From Treponema sp. (GTDB lineage Bacteria; Spirochaetota; Spirochaetia; Treponematales; Treponemataceae), in NCBI GenBank assembly GCA_024402615.1, contig JAKSTK010000001.1, positions 1 through 61,687 on the forward strand: 61,687 nucleotides of DNA, in the 5' to 3' direction. Position numbers and translations under genes: made by a program. How positions within the stretch are numbered: the stretch's first letter is position 1; each line of letters starts with the position of its first letter. Shown piece after piece: positions 27,234 to 37,296 of the stretch. A model generated the notes under the pieces. It saw only the letters and a program-made list of their open reading frames with translations, ran no database searches and was not told the DNA's origin.

Positions 27234-28484
27234 CTATTCAGTTTTAACTTCTGCAGCTTTAGCTCTCTTAAGTGAGTGATGTACACCAAATTCTGGTTTC
27301 CAGTTTTTACGACAAGCAGCAATAAATGCACTTGAAATAAAGATAGAAGAATACATACCACTAATCAAACCAATAATCATAGCAAGTGAGAAGTCTTTGA
27401 TACTTCCAGTTGTAAATACGAACAGAGCGATTACAGTTACCAGAGTTGTAACAGTAGTCAAAACAGAACGAACAAATGTGTCTGACAATGACTTGTTTAA
27501 GATTTCTGTGAAAGTTTTAGCTTCTGTCATGTATTTAAGGTTATAACGGATACGGTCGAGGATTACGACTGTAGCGTTGATTGAGTAACCAATAATTGTA
27601 AGAACTGCAGCAAGTACAGTTGTTGAGAATTCCATCTGAGTCCAGATAATGAATGACATCATGATCAAAGAGTCATGAATCAAAGCAATAATTGAACCAA
27701 GAGCGAAGTCCCAGTGGAAACGGATTGCAGCATAAGCCCAGATTACGATTACAGTAAGGAGGAACAAGAAAATAGATTTTCTTGCAATTGAGCTTGAGAA
27801 GTTAGAACCAATGAAATCCTGTTTTACTACAGCAATATTTGTTTTACCAAATTTGTTGTAAAGAGCTTCGTTGATTTCGCTCATTACTACAGCCTGTGAC
27901 TGTTCAGCACCTTCTTCATCTTTAGAAGCAGAAACTCCTTTACGAATCTGGAAGCTTGAATCAGCACCATTTCCTAATGCTTTAACAGCAACACTTTCAA
28001 TAGAAGAAAGAGCTGCACGAACATCATCAGCAGTTACATCAGATGTACCTGCAGGATAGATATACAATGGAGCGTTTGTTAACTGGTTTGTAGCAGCAGA
28101 GTTCAAGAACAATTTTGTTGTATCAAAACCGCCGTTTGAAACTGTCATTGTAACGCCATCAATTTCATTTACACTGTCAGCAAGTTTTGCAACTGTATCA
28201 TACTGGAGGAAGTTGTAAGCACGAGTTTCGTTTGCAACTCCAGAACCAGAAATAATAATATCCATCTGACCAGCAGACAAATCAACAGAAATACTTGCAG
28301 ATCCATCGTAAGTAAGTTCAGCAACAGGTGTTGCAACACGAACTTCTTCAATAAGACCAGGTTTGAAATCGATACCAAAGTTAATTCCTTTTACAAAGAA
28401 ACCAACCAAACCGAACAAAATAATAGCACAACTAAGGATTGTTGAAGGAATAAATCCCTTATTAAAGTTTACAGTCTTTTTCAT
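27234..28484 (-). CDS. secF: Protein translocase subunit SecF
   Basis: GIDF, ALIHD, AAVLTIIGYSIN.TVVI.DRIR, GMYSSIFI. Confidence 0.94.
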   Translation of the reverse strand: MKKTVNFNKGFIPSTILSCAIILFGLVGFFVKGINFGIDFKPGLIEEVRVATPVAELTYDGSASISVDLSAGQMDIIISGSGVANETRAYNFLQYDTVAKLADSVNEIDGVTMTVSNGGFDTTKLFLNSAATNQLTNAPLYIYPAGTSDVTADDVRAALSSIESVAVKALGNGADSSFQIRKGVSASKDEEGAEQSQAVVMSEINEALYNKFGKTNIAVVKQDFIGSNFSSSIARKSIFLFLLTVIVIWAYAAIRFHWDFALGSIIALIHDSLIMMSFIIWTQMEFSTTVLAAVLTIIGYSINATVVILDRIRYNLKYMTEAKTFTEILNKSLSDTFVRSVLTTVTTLVTVIALFVFTTGSIKDFSLAMIIGLISGMYSSIFISSAFIAACRKNWKPEFGVHHSLKRAKAAEVKTE

Positions 28485-30238
28485 TATTTAATCCCCCAGC
28501 CAATGCTTACTTTCTGAGAATGTAAAACATCTGTATCGAAGTCGAACATTAATCTAGATACGAACAATGCTGTAAATACTGATGAAATTACACCGATTGC
28601 CAGTGAAACGGCAAATCCCTGAATTGAACCTGTACCAAGAAGTGAAAGGAACAATGCAGCAATGAATGTTGTAATGTTAGAGTCAAGAATTGCCCAAAGA
28701 GCGTTATCAAAACCCATAGAAATTGCAACAGCACGGCTCTTACCCTGTCTCAATTCTTCCTTAATTCTTTCAAATACCAATACGTTAGCATCAACTGCCA
28801 TACCTACTGTAAGGATCATACCGGCAATACTTGAAAGTGAAAGTGTAAGATTGAAAGCAGACAAAATAGCAAACATGATATAAAGGTTCAAAACCTGAGC
28901 AACAACTGCGTTAATACCTGACTTCTTATAGAAGATAAGCATAAACAGAAGAACAAGTCCCAAACCGAGGATAATTGCAAAAATACCCTGACGGATAGCC
29001 TGTGCACCAAGTGTAGCACCAATAACCTGCTGGCTTTCTACTGAAAGTGGAACATCAAGCCAAGCTGTCTGAAGAACCTTCTTGATCTGGTTAGCTTCAT
29101 CCTGAGAGAAAGCACCACTCAACTGAACTGCACCCTGTGTAATTGCAGATTCGATTCTTGCATTTGATTTAACTTTATTATCACTTACGATAGCAAGGTA
29201 GTCGCCTACGTGTTTACCTGTGAAATCACCGAAGATAATTGCACCTTCTGTATCAAGATTGAAACATACAAGAAGCTGTCCTGTGTACTGATCAGTTCTT
29301 GTTTCAGCAGACTGAACATGTTTACCATCAAGAGCAATTTCTTTCTTAACTACCAGCCAGTCATCACGCTGGTCAATACCATAAGAATCTTTTGAATATA
29401 CACCGAAAACTTCGCTATCTTCTGGAATAATTGATTTATCCATCAATTCACCAGCAGCATTGAATGTTGTAGCAGGATGCTGTGCATAGTATGCTTTGAA
29501 TGCGTTTGTAGCGTCCATATCAGCAAGACGGAAGTTCAAGATACCTTTACCAACAATTAAAGTATTAATTGCATCAGCCTGAGCAGCACCTGGGATTTCA
29601 ATGTAAATACCATCATCACCCTGCTGTCTGATAACTGGTGAAGTTAAACCGAAACGGTCGATACGGCTTGTAAGATTTTCAATAGCATTTGCCATTGCAT
29701 CTTTTTTGAATTCTTCTTTACCCTGTGAAGAAACTGCATCTCCCTGATTAGCATAAGCAGCTTCGAGGTCAGCACGAACGATAACATTCATACCACCTGA
29801 AAGGTCAAGACCAAGTTTTACAGATCCATTATAGCGTTTCTTTGCTTTCAAAATCTGATCACGGTAATGATTCTGAATAACTTCCATAAATGCTTTTTCT
29901 GAACTGTAAGCATCAAGGATAGCAAGTACATTTACTTCTGATGGAACTTTTTCTCCATTAGCCTTGTATTGTTTTTTTGCAGCTTTTTCCAGCCAGTTGA
30001 GTGCTGGGTCCAATTCTGCAATCTTAGCGTCTGCATTTGTAGATGCAAAAGCTTTGATCTGGCGTACATCTTCTGCTGCCTTCAATTCAGCATAACTTTT
30101 AATGCTTTCTGTAGAGCCTAAAGCCAACTGCTGAGTTTCTTTTGGTGTTCTTCCATACCAGCTGATTGATGGCCAGAGGAAGGCAAAACAAATAGCAAGT
30201 ACAGCAAGAAGAATAACGAAACGTGCACGTTTACTCAT
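28484..30238 (-). CDS. secD: Protein translocase subunit SecD
   Basis: LGLDLSGG, RIDRFG, GMAVDANVLVFERIKEE, ILDSNITT. Confidence 0.96.
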   Translation of the reverse strand: MSKRARFVILLAVLAICFAFLWPSISWYGRTPKETQQLALGSTESIKSYAELKAAEDVRQIKAFASTNADAKIAELDPALNWLEKAAKKQYKANGEKVPSEVNVLAILDAYSSEKAFMEVIQNHYRDQILKAKKRYNGSVKLGLDLSGGMNVIVRADLEAAYANQGDAVSSQGKEEFKKDAMANAIENLTSRIDRFGLTSPVIRQQGDDGIYIEIPGAAQADAINTLIVGKGILNFRLADMDATNAFKAYYAQHPATTFNAAGELMDKSIIPEDSEVFGVYSKDSYGIDQRDDWLVVKKEIALDGKHVQSAETRTDQYTGQLLVCFNLDTEGAIIFGDFTGKHVGDYLAIVSDNKVKSNARIESAITQGAVQLSGAFSQDEANQIKKVLQTAWLDVPLSVESQQVIGATLGAQAIRQGIFAIILGLGLVLLFMLIFYKKSGINAVVAQVLNLYIMFAILSAFNLTLSLSSIAGMILTVGMAVDANVLVFERIKEELRQGKSRAVAISMGFDNALWAILDSNITTFIAALFLSLLGTGSIQGFAVSLAIGVISSVFTALFVSRLMFDFDTDVLHSQKVSIGWGIK

Positions 30239-30277
30239 CTTTTTGTAATCTCCAATATATTTATATTTTTTTAGATT

Positions 30278-30772
30278 CTATTTAGATTCTTCTGTTGTTT
30301 CAGCAGGTTTTTCTTCTGCTGGAGTTTCTGCAGCAGCTTCTGGTGCAGGTGCAGCAGCTTCAACTGGAGTACCTTTTTTTGCAGCCTTTTTAGCAGCTTT
30401 TGCATCTTTTTTAGCCTGAATTTCAGCTTCTTTAGCAGCTTTAGCAGCAGCTTCTTTAGCCAATTCTTCATCGCTCTTCAATTTTGCTGAAATTGCAGAA
30501 CGGTTGAATTCGATTTTAGCACCGTCATCAACTTTTACGATAATTGTGTTTTCTTTTACAGAAGATACAACACCGTGAATACCACCGATAGTTACAACCT
30601 TATCGCCTTTTTTCAAAGCGTTAAGCATTTTTTCTGTTTCTTTCTGTTTCTTATTCTGTGGGCGAATAAGGAAGAAGTAAAAAATTACAATAATGAAGAG
30701 CAATGGAATTAATGTTCCACCAAGTGACATTGGACCAGCTCCAGCATTTGATAAGAATGGAATAAATGACAT
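30278..30772 (-). CDS. yajC: Preprotein translocase subunit YajC with low-complexity C-terminal extension
   Basis: FYFFLIRPQ.KKQK, LKKGDKVVTIGGIHG. Confidence 0.95.
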   Translation of the reverse strand: MSFIPFLSNAGAGPMSLGGTLIPLLFIIVIFYFFLIRPQNKKQKETEKMLNALKKGDKVVTIGGIHGVVSSVKENTIIVKVDDGAKIEFNRSAISAKLKSDEELAKEAAAKAAKEAEIQAKKDAKAAKKAAKKGTPVEAAAPAPEAAAETPAEEKPAETTEESK

Positions 30773-30887
30773 ATAGTCCTTCCTATTTATGAAATTTTTG
30801 ATAGTAATATCAATTTTACAATTTTAACATTAAAAAATGCTTATGTCTATGAGTAAATTTTGAATATAGGAAAATTGGCAGAAGGTT

Positions 30888-32654
30888 TTATTTAATCAGC
30901 TGAGTCAGGGCTTCGTTTAATTTTCTTACAGAAGTATCATTTGGATTGATAGAAACAACCTGTCGTAAATAATACTGAGCCTTTCTGTATTCACTTTTTG
31001 CAAAGTAAATTTCATACAAACGGAAAAGAGATTCTTCATTACGAGGGTTTGAAATCAGGCTGGAACGAAGATCAGCCAGAACTTTATCCTCCGAAGCCTG
31101 CATGAAGCTTCTCTGATAATACAGATAGCTTTTGATTTTTGCGGAAGTTGTATTCATCATAAAATTAATAAGAGCCAGGGCTTCATCACGGGAAAGAACC
31201 TCCGCATTAGCCATAATATAGGTCTGGGCAATTATTTCATCTTCAGGATTTTTTTCATAAATCTCTTTTGCTTTATTCAAAGCTTCTGTTTTTCTTCCGG
31301 TTTTTAAGCAAACTTTTACATGATTTCTAATTACAGAAGAACTTGCATTTTCGGTTTCTATCAGTTTCTTACTGATTACATATGCTTCTTCCCAGTTTTC
31401 TCTCTGAATTAATCCATCAAGGGCAAAAATCTGAGCTTCAAGGTTATCTGAATTAGAGGCAAGTACTACAGCGGCAAGTTCATCGGCATATTTACCGGCA
31501 ACAGGAGAATCTGTCATAGAAGAAATTCTTGCAGCCAGCATTAATGCATCCTGATTATCCGGATAAAACTGCAAAGCTTTTTCTACAGTTTCTGTAGCGG
31601 CAGTTACATTTTTACTCCAGTCCAGCTGAACTCTTGCACGGAGGATAAGATAATCTATAGAAGAATCATCCTGACGGGAATACATATCAAGCAAAGAAAC
31701 GGCATGAATAAAATCTTTCTTTTCTACGAAAATTCGGGCACGGAAAAGTACAAACTCCAGATTATTTGGAGTCTGCTGTAAAACACGGGCTACATAATCT
31801 TCGGCCTCATTGTAATCCTGTTTAGTAAAGGCGATATAAGCTTTCTGCTTTAAAATTTCAATATTGTTCTGTTCTGAATTTGTAACTTCACCTAAAACTA
31901 CTGCTGCAGATTCAGGCTTACCGTTTTTTGTAAGTACCTGAGAAAGCATCAATGCAATTTCCATATTTCCATGAGCAGAATCAAAAGCTTTCTGAAGGAA
32001 ATTTTCTGCAGTTTCGGTATTTCCAGTCTTAAGAAAATATACACCCGCAACAAAATTAGCAATTACAGAATCAGGATTTGTCATAAGTGCGCCTTTGATA
32101 GAATTTTCACACTGCTGAAGATTTTCATCACCGGCAGACAGTTTAAAAACCAGAGTAGCTGGAAGCAAAGTTGAAAGCAAATCAACATTTCCAGTACTTG
32201 TATCAAAAATTCCATTATTCACAGAATTAATAGCGCCAATATAAGGATTATCATCTGGAACATCATAAACATCCCAGGTTATTTTTTCTGAAGGATAAGC
32301 GTAATTGAAAATTTCTGCCGCAACGCGAATCAAAACCTTTTCGTTTTCTGCATATTCTGATTCATTTTTATGAAGTTTTGCCATAGCTTCACGAATAGAT
32401 TCAGGAGCCCCCTTCTCTACACCATCCACAACAGACTGATCAATTTTATAAAAATAAGTTCTCTTTCTGGAAGCCGAAGGCAATTTTACAGATTCGCTGG
32501 AACTTTCCTGTTCAACTGTTACTGCAGGTGCCTCTGGAGCAACAGTAACCTCCGAATTCTTTTTCTTTTTAGCAGACAAAGAACTGCAGGAAAGCATCAA
32601 AAACAAAAGAGAAAATAGAAATGATTTGCAAATAAAAGAAGCTTTAGTCTTCAT
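30888..32654 (-). CDS. TPR-repeat lipoprotein
   Basis: Lipobox MLSC; repeated TPR-like helical pairs. Confidence 0.8.
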   Translation of the reverse strand: MKTKASFICKSFLFSLLFLMLSCSSLSAKKKKNSEVTVAPEAPAVTVEQESSSESVKLPSASRKRTYFYKIDQSVVDGVEKGAPESIREAMAKLHKNESEYAENEKVLIRVAAEIFNYAYPSEKITWDVYDVPDDNPYIGAINSVNNGIFDTSTGNVDLLSTLLPATLVFKLSAGDENLQQCENSIKGALMTNPDSVIANFVAGVYFLKTGNTETAENFLQKAFDSAHGNMEIALMLSQVLTKNGKPESAAVVLGEVTNSEQNNIEILKQKAYIAFTKQDYNEAEDYVARVLQQTPNNLEFVLFRARIFVEKKDFIHAVSLLDMYSRQDDSSIDYLILRARVQLDWSKNVTAATETVEKALQFYPDNQDALMLAARISSMTDSPVAGKYADELAAVVLASNSDNLEAQIFALDGLIQRENWEEAYVISKKLIETENASSSVIRNHVKVCLKTGRKTEALNKAKEIYEKNPEDEIIAQTYIMANAEVLSRDEALALINFMMNTTSAKIKSYLYYQRSFMQASEDKVLADLRSSLISNPRNEESLFRLYEIYFAKSEYRKAQYYLRQVVSINPNDTSVRKLNEALTQLIK

Positions 32655-33267
32655 CAGTTTCTTCGAGCATTCCTTCTATAGTTATTTCATCATCTTCAAA
32701 ACCATCGTCTTCATCATCAATTACAACAAATGATTTATATTTATTCTGCAGCATAATTAAAACAACACAGAAAATACAAAGCAAAACAGCCAGTAATGGG
32801 CCGCCTACCAGTGCAACTTCCTTGAAAGGAATTGTAATAATTTTGAAAGAGAATAACATAAGCCAGAGTCCCATAAAAAATAAAACTGAGGCAGGAATTA
32901 CATATCCGATTTTAAATTTTCTATAACGGAATAAACCAGAAACAAACAGAAAAGCTCCCGAAGAAACTCCCAGAATCGGCCACCACTGTTTCAAGGTAAA
33001 ATCAAAAATATTATAAATCCGGAGGAATACAAGAACTCCCCAGAATATTATGAACAACCCTACAAATAAATGATAGGCAGTTTTTGTATAAGAAAAAGCA
33101 ATTACAACATCAATAAAACCAATTAACAAAGCCAGAATTGGCAGAAGTTTTACAATGAAACTTCTTGTGTCTGGATCTGAAAAAATTGAAAGAATAAAGG
33201 CGGCAATAAAAATACAAATACCGAATACAAATAATAATTGAACAAAAAGTGAATTGATTTTCTTCAT
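32644..33267 (-). CDS. Hypothetical membrane protein (LiaF/LiaI-TM-like) with acidic tail
   Basis: About six TMs with a WWP motif; overlaps the next gene by 11 nt. Confidence 0.75.
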   Translation of the reverse strand: MKKINSLFVQLLFVFGICIFIAAFILSIFSDPDTRSFIVKLLPILALLIGFIDVVIAFSYTKTAYHLFVGLFIIFWGVLVFLRIYNIFDFTLKQWWPILGVSSGAFLFVSGLFRYRKFKIGYVIPASVLFFMGLWLMLFSFKIITIPFKEVALVGGPLLAVLLCIFCVVLIMLQNKYKSFVVIDDEDDGFEDDEITIEGMLEETDED

Positions 33268-33376
33268 AAAAAACTTCCAGTATCTATATCTTCGACAAAT
33301 TTAATGGGATAACAAGAATATATTATAGTCTAAATTTAATCTTTACAATAATAATTCACTATGTTAGATTAAAAAA

Positions 33377-34432
33377 ATGAAATTTCAAAAAAGCCTTTTT
33401 TCTTCATTATTAATAACATTTATTCTGTTATTGGCTTTGACCGTTACAGGCTGTGGAAAAAACAAAAAAATAAACACAATAAGCGACAATCAAAAACAGC
33501 TGAAAAATATTCTTGATACACAGAAGCTGGATCCAAAACAGCGCTATACAATCATTTATCAGATGGCGCAGAACCTTTTTAGTACGGAAGATTATCAGGG
33601 AGCGATTCTGCTTTTAACTGACTGGGTAGAAAATAACCCTGATGATATGTACAACTCTTACTGGCTTCTCATGACTGCCAATGCTTACCGTGCAACTGGA
33701 GCAGAACCAGTAGCTGAATACTATTTTGACCGTATTCTCCGTAAATGTCCTGACCTGCTGGTAAAAGGAAAATCTGTTCACTTCAGCTGTCTGCAGAATC
33801 TTATTCAGATTAGTAAAACACCAGCTAACAGAATTAAATATTTTAACGAATTAATTTCCCGCTTCCCTGAAGAAGTAAATACAACTGAATTGTACTATCG
33901 TCTTGCGCTGGAATATGAAAATGACAATCAGTGGAATCAGGCACTTAAAGCCTGTGCAACCTTCCTGGAACAGCCAGATGCATCTACACTCCAGATTCCT
34001 GGAGAACCTGATGCGTATAAAAATGCCCGCCATTTAATTGATTTTAACAATTCTCCAAAAGACTGGACTTTCGAAAGTTTACAGGAACTGGAAAGTGCTG
34101 TTAAAACTGCTATCAGAAATTACAACTGGAGAGCATTGGACCGCTACAAAGCAAAGGTAAACTTCTTCCACATGTCATGGAAACAGGATGAAAATGATGC
34201 AAACTCCATGTCTGAATCTTCTATGCATGACTGGATGCGCGGTAACAGAATCCGCTACAGCGAAACTCTTGATGAAACTTCAAACCCTAACGAAGCATAT
34301 TTAAGAACCTGGGGCTGGAGCAATTATGTTTCGGTCTGGTATCTCTACTTCCGTAAGATTGACTTCCCTCTTGATCCAGATATTAACGGTAACTGGGAAT
34401 GGGCCGGAATCTATGTAGGAAACCGTCTGTAA
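33377..34432 (+). CDS. TPR-containing lipoprotein
   Basis: Lipobox VTGC; TPR-like segments; Trp-rich C-terminal domain; TTTACA-N17-TAGATT-N6-ATG upstream. Confidence 0.8.
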   Translation: MKFQKSLFSSLLITFILLLALTVTGCGKNKKINTISDNQKQLKNILDTQKLDPKQRYTIIYQMAQNLFSTEDYQGAILLLTDWVENNPDDMYNSYWLLMTANAYRATGAEPVAEYYFDRILRKCPDLLVKGKSVHFSCLQNLIQISKTPANRIKYFNELISRFPEEVNTTELYYRLALEYENDNQWNQALKACATFLEQPDASTLQIPGEPDAYKNARHLIDFNNSPKDWTFESLQELESAVKTAIRNYNWRALDRYKAKVNFFHMSWKQDENDANSMSESSMHDWMRGNRIRYSETLDETSNPNEAYLRTWGWSNYVSVWYLYFRKIDFPLDPDINGNWEWAGIYVGNRL

Positions 34433-35862
34433 TGAAAAAACTCATTTCCGCCATTTTAATTTGCTGTTTTTCGTTCTTTTCTTTTGCGCAGGAAATAATC
34501 GAAACCTCAGCAGAATCATTAGATACAGAAATCTCTACCGAAAGCACTTCCCTGTCCGAAAAAGAACTTTCTGAACCAGAAGCTCCTGCTGCAGAAACAA
34601 CAGAAAGTACTGAAGCAGTGGCAGAAAAAGAATCAGAAGCAGAATTGCCTGAAAATACTGAAATTGCAGAGAACGGTAAAATTGACGAAAGCACTCCTAA
34701 AGATATTATTGAAAACTCTCCGGCAGAAACTCCCGTAACAATAACCGCAATTACCGAAGAAACTTCCGCAAAAATTGAAGCCACACTGGAAGCTCTGGCA
34801 GAAGAAAATCCATTTGCAGAAGACAGTCTTGAACAGGCTGATCAGGAACTGGCGGAAAGTGATTTTGTTGCGGAAGAGGAAGAAGGCATTCCTTATATTG
34901 AACTTGGACTTCCAGGGGTTGATCGTCCGGAAGTAGAAAAATTCCGTCAGCAATATTTACAGCCAAAATGGACTGCAATTCTTGTATCTTCTCTGGAAAA
35001 AGGGATTGATTATCGTCTGTATATTAGAAAAAGTCTGGAAAACACAGAACTTCCTAAGGAATTGGAATATTTACCGGTTGTAGAATCAAATTACAAAACA
35101 GATGCAAAATCAAAGTCCGGGGCATTGGGCTTATGGCAATTTATGGAAAATTCCGTAAAACCTTTCCTTGCCTTAAATGATTATGTTGATGAACGCCTGG
35201 ATCCATGGAAATCTACAGATGCGGCAATGAAAAAACTGGCCGATAACTACAAAATGTTTGAAGATTGGGAACTGGCAATTGCTGCTTATAACTGTGGAGC
35301 CGGTGCAATGAAACGAGCTCTGGCAAAAGCAGAAGAAAAAGATTTCTGGTATCTGGTTGATCATAATTTACTGCCAAGTCAGACAGCCAATTACGTCCCA
35401 AAATTACTTGCTATTGCTGATTTAGCCTTAAATGCAGAATATTACGGAATTGAAATTCCTTCTCATCAGGAAGAATATGAATCTTTATATAATGAAGCAA
35501 ATGCGATTTTTGATTATGTTTCTGTAAACAAAGCTTTCTATTTGAAACAGCTGGCTCAGGAAATGAGAATTGATTATCGTGAATTATCAAGATTAAATCC
35601 TTCTTTTGTATTAGGTTTTACTCATCCTTCTGTAGCCTCACAAATCCGTTTGCCTTTAGGAACAGGCGAATCTGCCGTAGAAGCTCTTTCAAAAATGGAA
35701 CCAATTGATTTCCCAATCAAGTATAAAGTTGAAGCGGGAGATTCTTTATGGAGCATTTCAAGAAAGTATCATTGTACTGTAAGCCAGATTTGCGAATTAA
35801 ACGGTATTAAAGAAAATGCTATTCTAAAAATTGGAAAAATTCTTTATATTCCGTCAAAATAA
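34432..35862 (+). CDS. MltD-like lytic transglycosylase with LysM domain
   Basis: LPVVES, SGALGLWQFM, DERLDP, LAIAAYNCG, YVPKLLA, C-terminal LysM (YKVEAGDSLWSISRKY). Start 34432 by TAATG overlap and signal peptide. Confidence 0.92.
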   Translation: MKKLISAILICCFSFFSFAQEIIETSAESLDTEISTESTSLSEKELSEPEAPAAETTESTEAVAEKESEAELPENTEIAENGKIDESTPKDIIENSPAETPVTITAITEETSAKIEATLEALAEENPFAEDSLEQADQELAESDFVAEEEEGIPYIELGLPGVDRPEVEKFRQQYLQPKWTAILVSSLEKGIDYRLYIRKSLENTELPKELEYLPVVESNYKTDAKSKSGALGLWQFMENSVKPFLALNDYVDERLDPWKSTDAAMKKLADNYKMFEDWELAIAAYNCGAGAMKRALAKAEEKDFWYLVDHNLLPSQTANYVPKLLAIADLALNAEYYGIEIPSHQEEYESLYNEANAIFDYVSVNKAFYLKQLAQEMRIDYRELSRLNPSFVLGFTHPSVASQIRLPLGTGESAVEALSKMEPIDFPIKYKVEAGDSLWSISRKYHCTVSQICELNGIKENAILKIGKILYIPSK

Positions 35863-35876
35863 CCGATAAAGAAGTA

Positions 35877-37235
35877 ATGAAAAAGACGATTTTTGGTATT
35901 TTAACAACATTTTCTCTAATTTTATGTCCTGTTGCCTTAAATGCACAGGAAAAAACTTATGATCACACTATAGAATCAACCAGTTCTGTAAATTGGATTA
36001 CCCGCTCCTTTGTATCTAAAATTGCACTGGATACTCAGAAAGCACAACTGCAGATGCCTTCTGGAAAAAAGAAAGCCTCTGCTTCGATCATTACAAAAAT
36101 GCCTCAGCTGATTCAGCCACCACTATTCTGTCTTTTTACTGATAACACCTATTGTCTTGCTGACAATGTTATTTCTGATGAGATTTCTGTTGATGAAGTA
36201 AATACCTTCATTATGAACGGTCATAAAACTCCGGACGTTTTCTCTAATGATATAAAAAAACTGAATACAACTAACACCTTGAATATCAATAAAATTGGTG
36301 CTGAACTGGTAAACCACCGCATGGCATACACACCAGAAGAACCAATTGATACAGTTCCTTCCAGACCATATTCAGGAATTATTATTGATGCCAGAGGACA
36401 GACTCCTGTTCACGGCGAATATATAAAGGATTATACATACCCAAGTTTCTTCCCTGTGATTTGGGATGAAAACATGAATATTGTATACGAAAAGAGCATG
36501 GTTGACCCTGTTTTTACTAAAGAAAACGGGGAGGTTGGCTATCACTATTCAGATGATGTATCTCTTTATGCAGACAGAGTCGGTGTAGATCCACTTTATA
36601 TCCGTGCATCAAAGGTTTACGGAAGAAACCGTACAGACCCAATTATTTCCCGCAGAGATGCTTTGAAAATCCTTTCTGTACCAGAAAATGTTGAATTAAT
36701 GAAAAACGGAAAGGTTGTAATTCTTCTGGATAAACAGAATCTTATTTACAATATTGCAACCCCAGACAAAGACGAAGAATACTATGTAAAATATCAGGCT
36801 GTAAAACATATTCTTATTACTAATGCAATACCTGATGTTGAAGTAACTGATGACAGAACAGGAATTAAGTTCTCTGTAAAACTTAAATTCTACCCTGACT
36901 CACCAGTTCTCCTGCCGGAAGAAAGCGTAAGAATTAACGCAATTGCACAGCAGCTTAAAGATTTACTGCTTGATGACGGCTATACAATTCTTGTAGAAGG
37001 TCATACAGCAGATGTTGGTAAACCGATTGGTCAGCTGAACCTTTCTATTGAGCGAACCCAAACCGTAATGAATGCATTAATCGACCAGGGAATTGAACGA
37101 AACCTGTTTACTTACAAAGGTTATGGTGGAACAATGCCGGTTGATACAAACCTTACAGAAGAAGGTCGTATTGAAAACCGCCGTGTAGAAATTACTGCCC
37201 GTCCAAGACAAACTTATATTCAGGTTGACTGGTAG
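35877..37235 (+). CDS. OmpA/MotB-type peptidoglycan-binding domain protein with large N-terminal region
   Basis: VEGHTAD, LSIER, GYG..MP, NRRVEI; signal peptide. Confidence 0.88.
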   Translation: MKKTIFGILTTFSLILCPVALNAQEKTYDHTIESTSSVNWITRSFVSKIALDTQKAQLQMPSGKKKASASIITKMPQLIQPPLFCLFTDNTYCLADNVISDEISVDEVNTFIMNGHKTPDVFSNDIKKLNTTNTLNINKIGAELVNHRMAYTPEEPIDTVPSRPYSGIIIDARGQTPVHGEYIKDYTYPSFFPVIWDENMNIVYEKSMVDPVFTKENGEVGYHYSDDVSLYADRVGVDPLYIRASKVYGRNRTDPIISRRDALKILSVPENVELMKNGKVVILLDKQNLIYNIATPDKDEEYYVKYQAVKHILITNAIPDVEVTDDRTGIKFSVKLKFYPDSPVLLPEESVRINAIAQQLKDLLLDDGYTILVEGHTADVGKPIGQLNLSIERTQTVMNALIDQGIERNLFTYKGYGGTMPVDTNLTEEGRIENRRVEITARPRQTYIQVDW

Positions 37236-37241
37236 TCACCG

Positions 37242-37285
37242 CAAAAGAAAAGGCTTAAAGATTCTTCTTTAAGCCTTTTCTTTTG
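37242..37285. terminator. Bidirectional terminator
   Basis: Perfect inverted repeat CAAAAGAAAAGGCTTAAAG / CTTTAAGCCTTTTCTTTTG between convergent genes. Confidence 0.9.
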
Positions 37286-37296
37286 AACTGTGGAAA

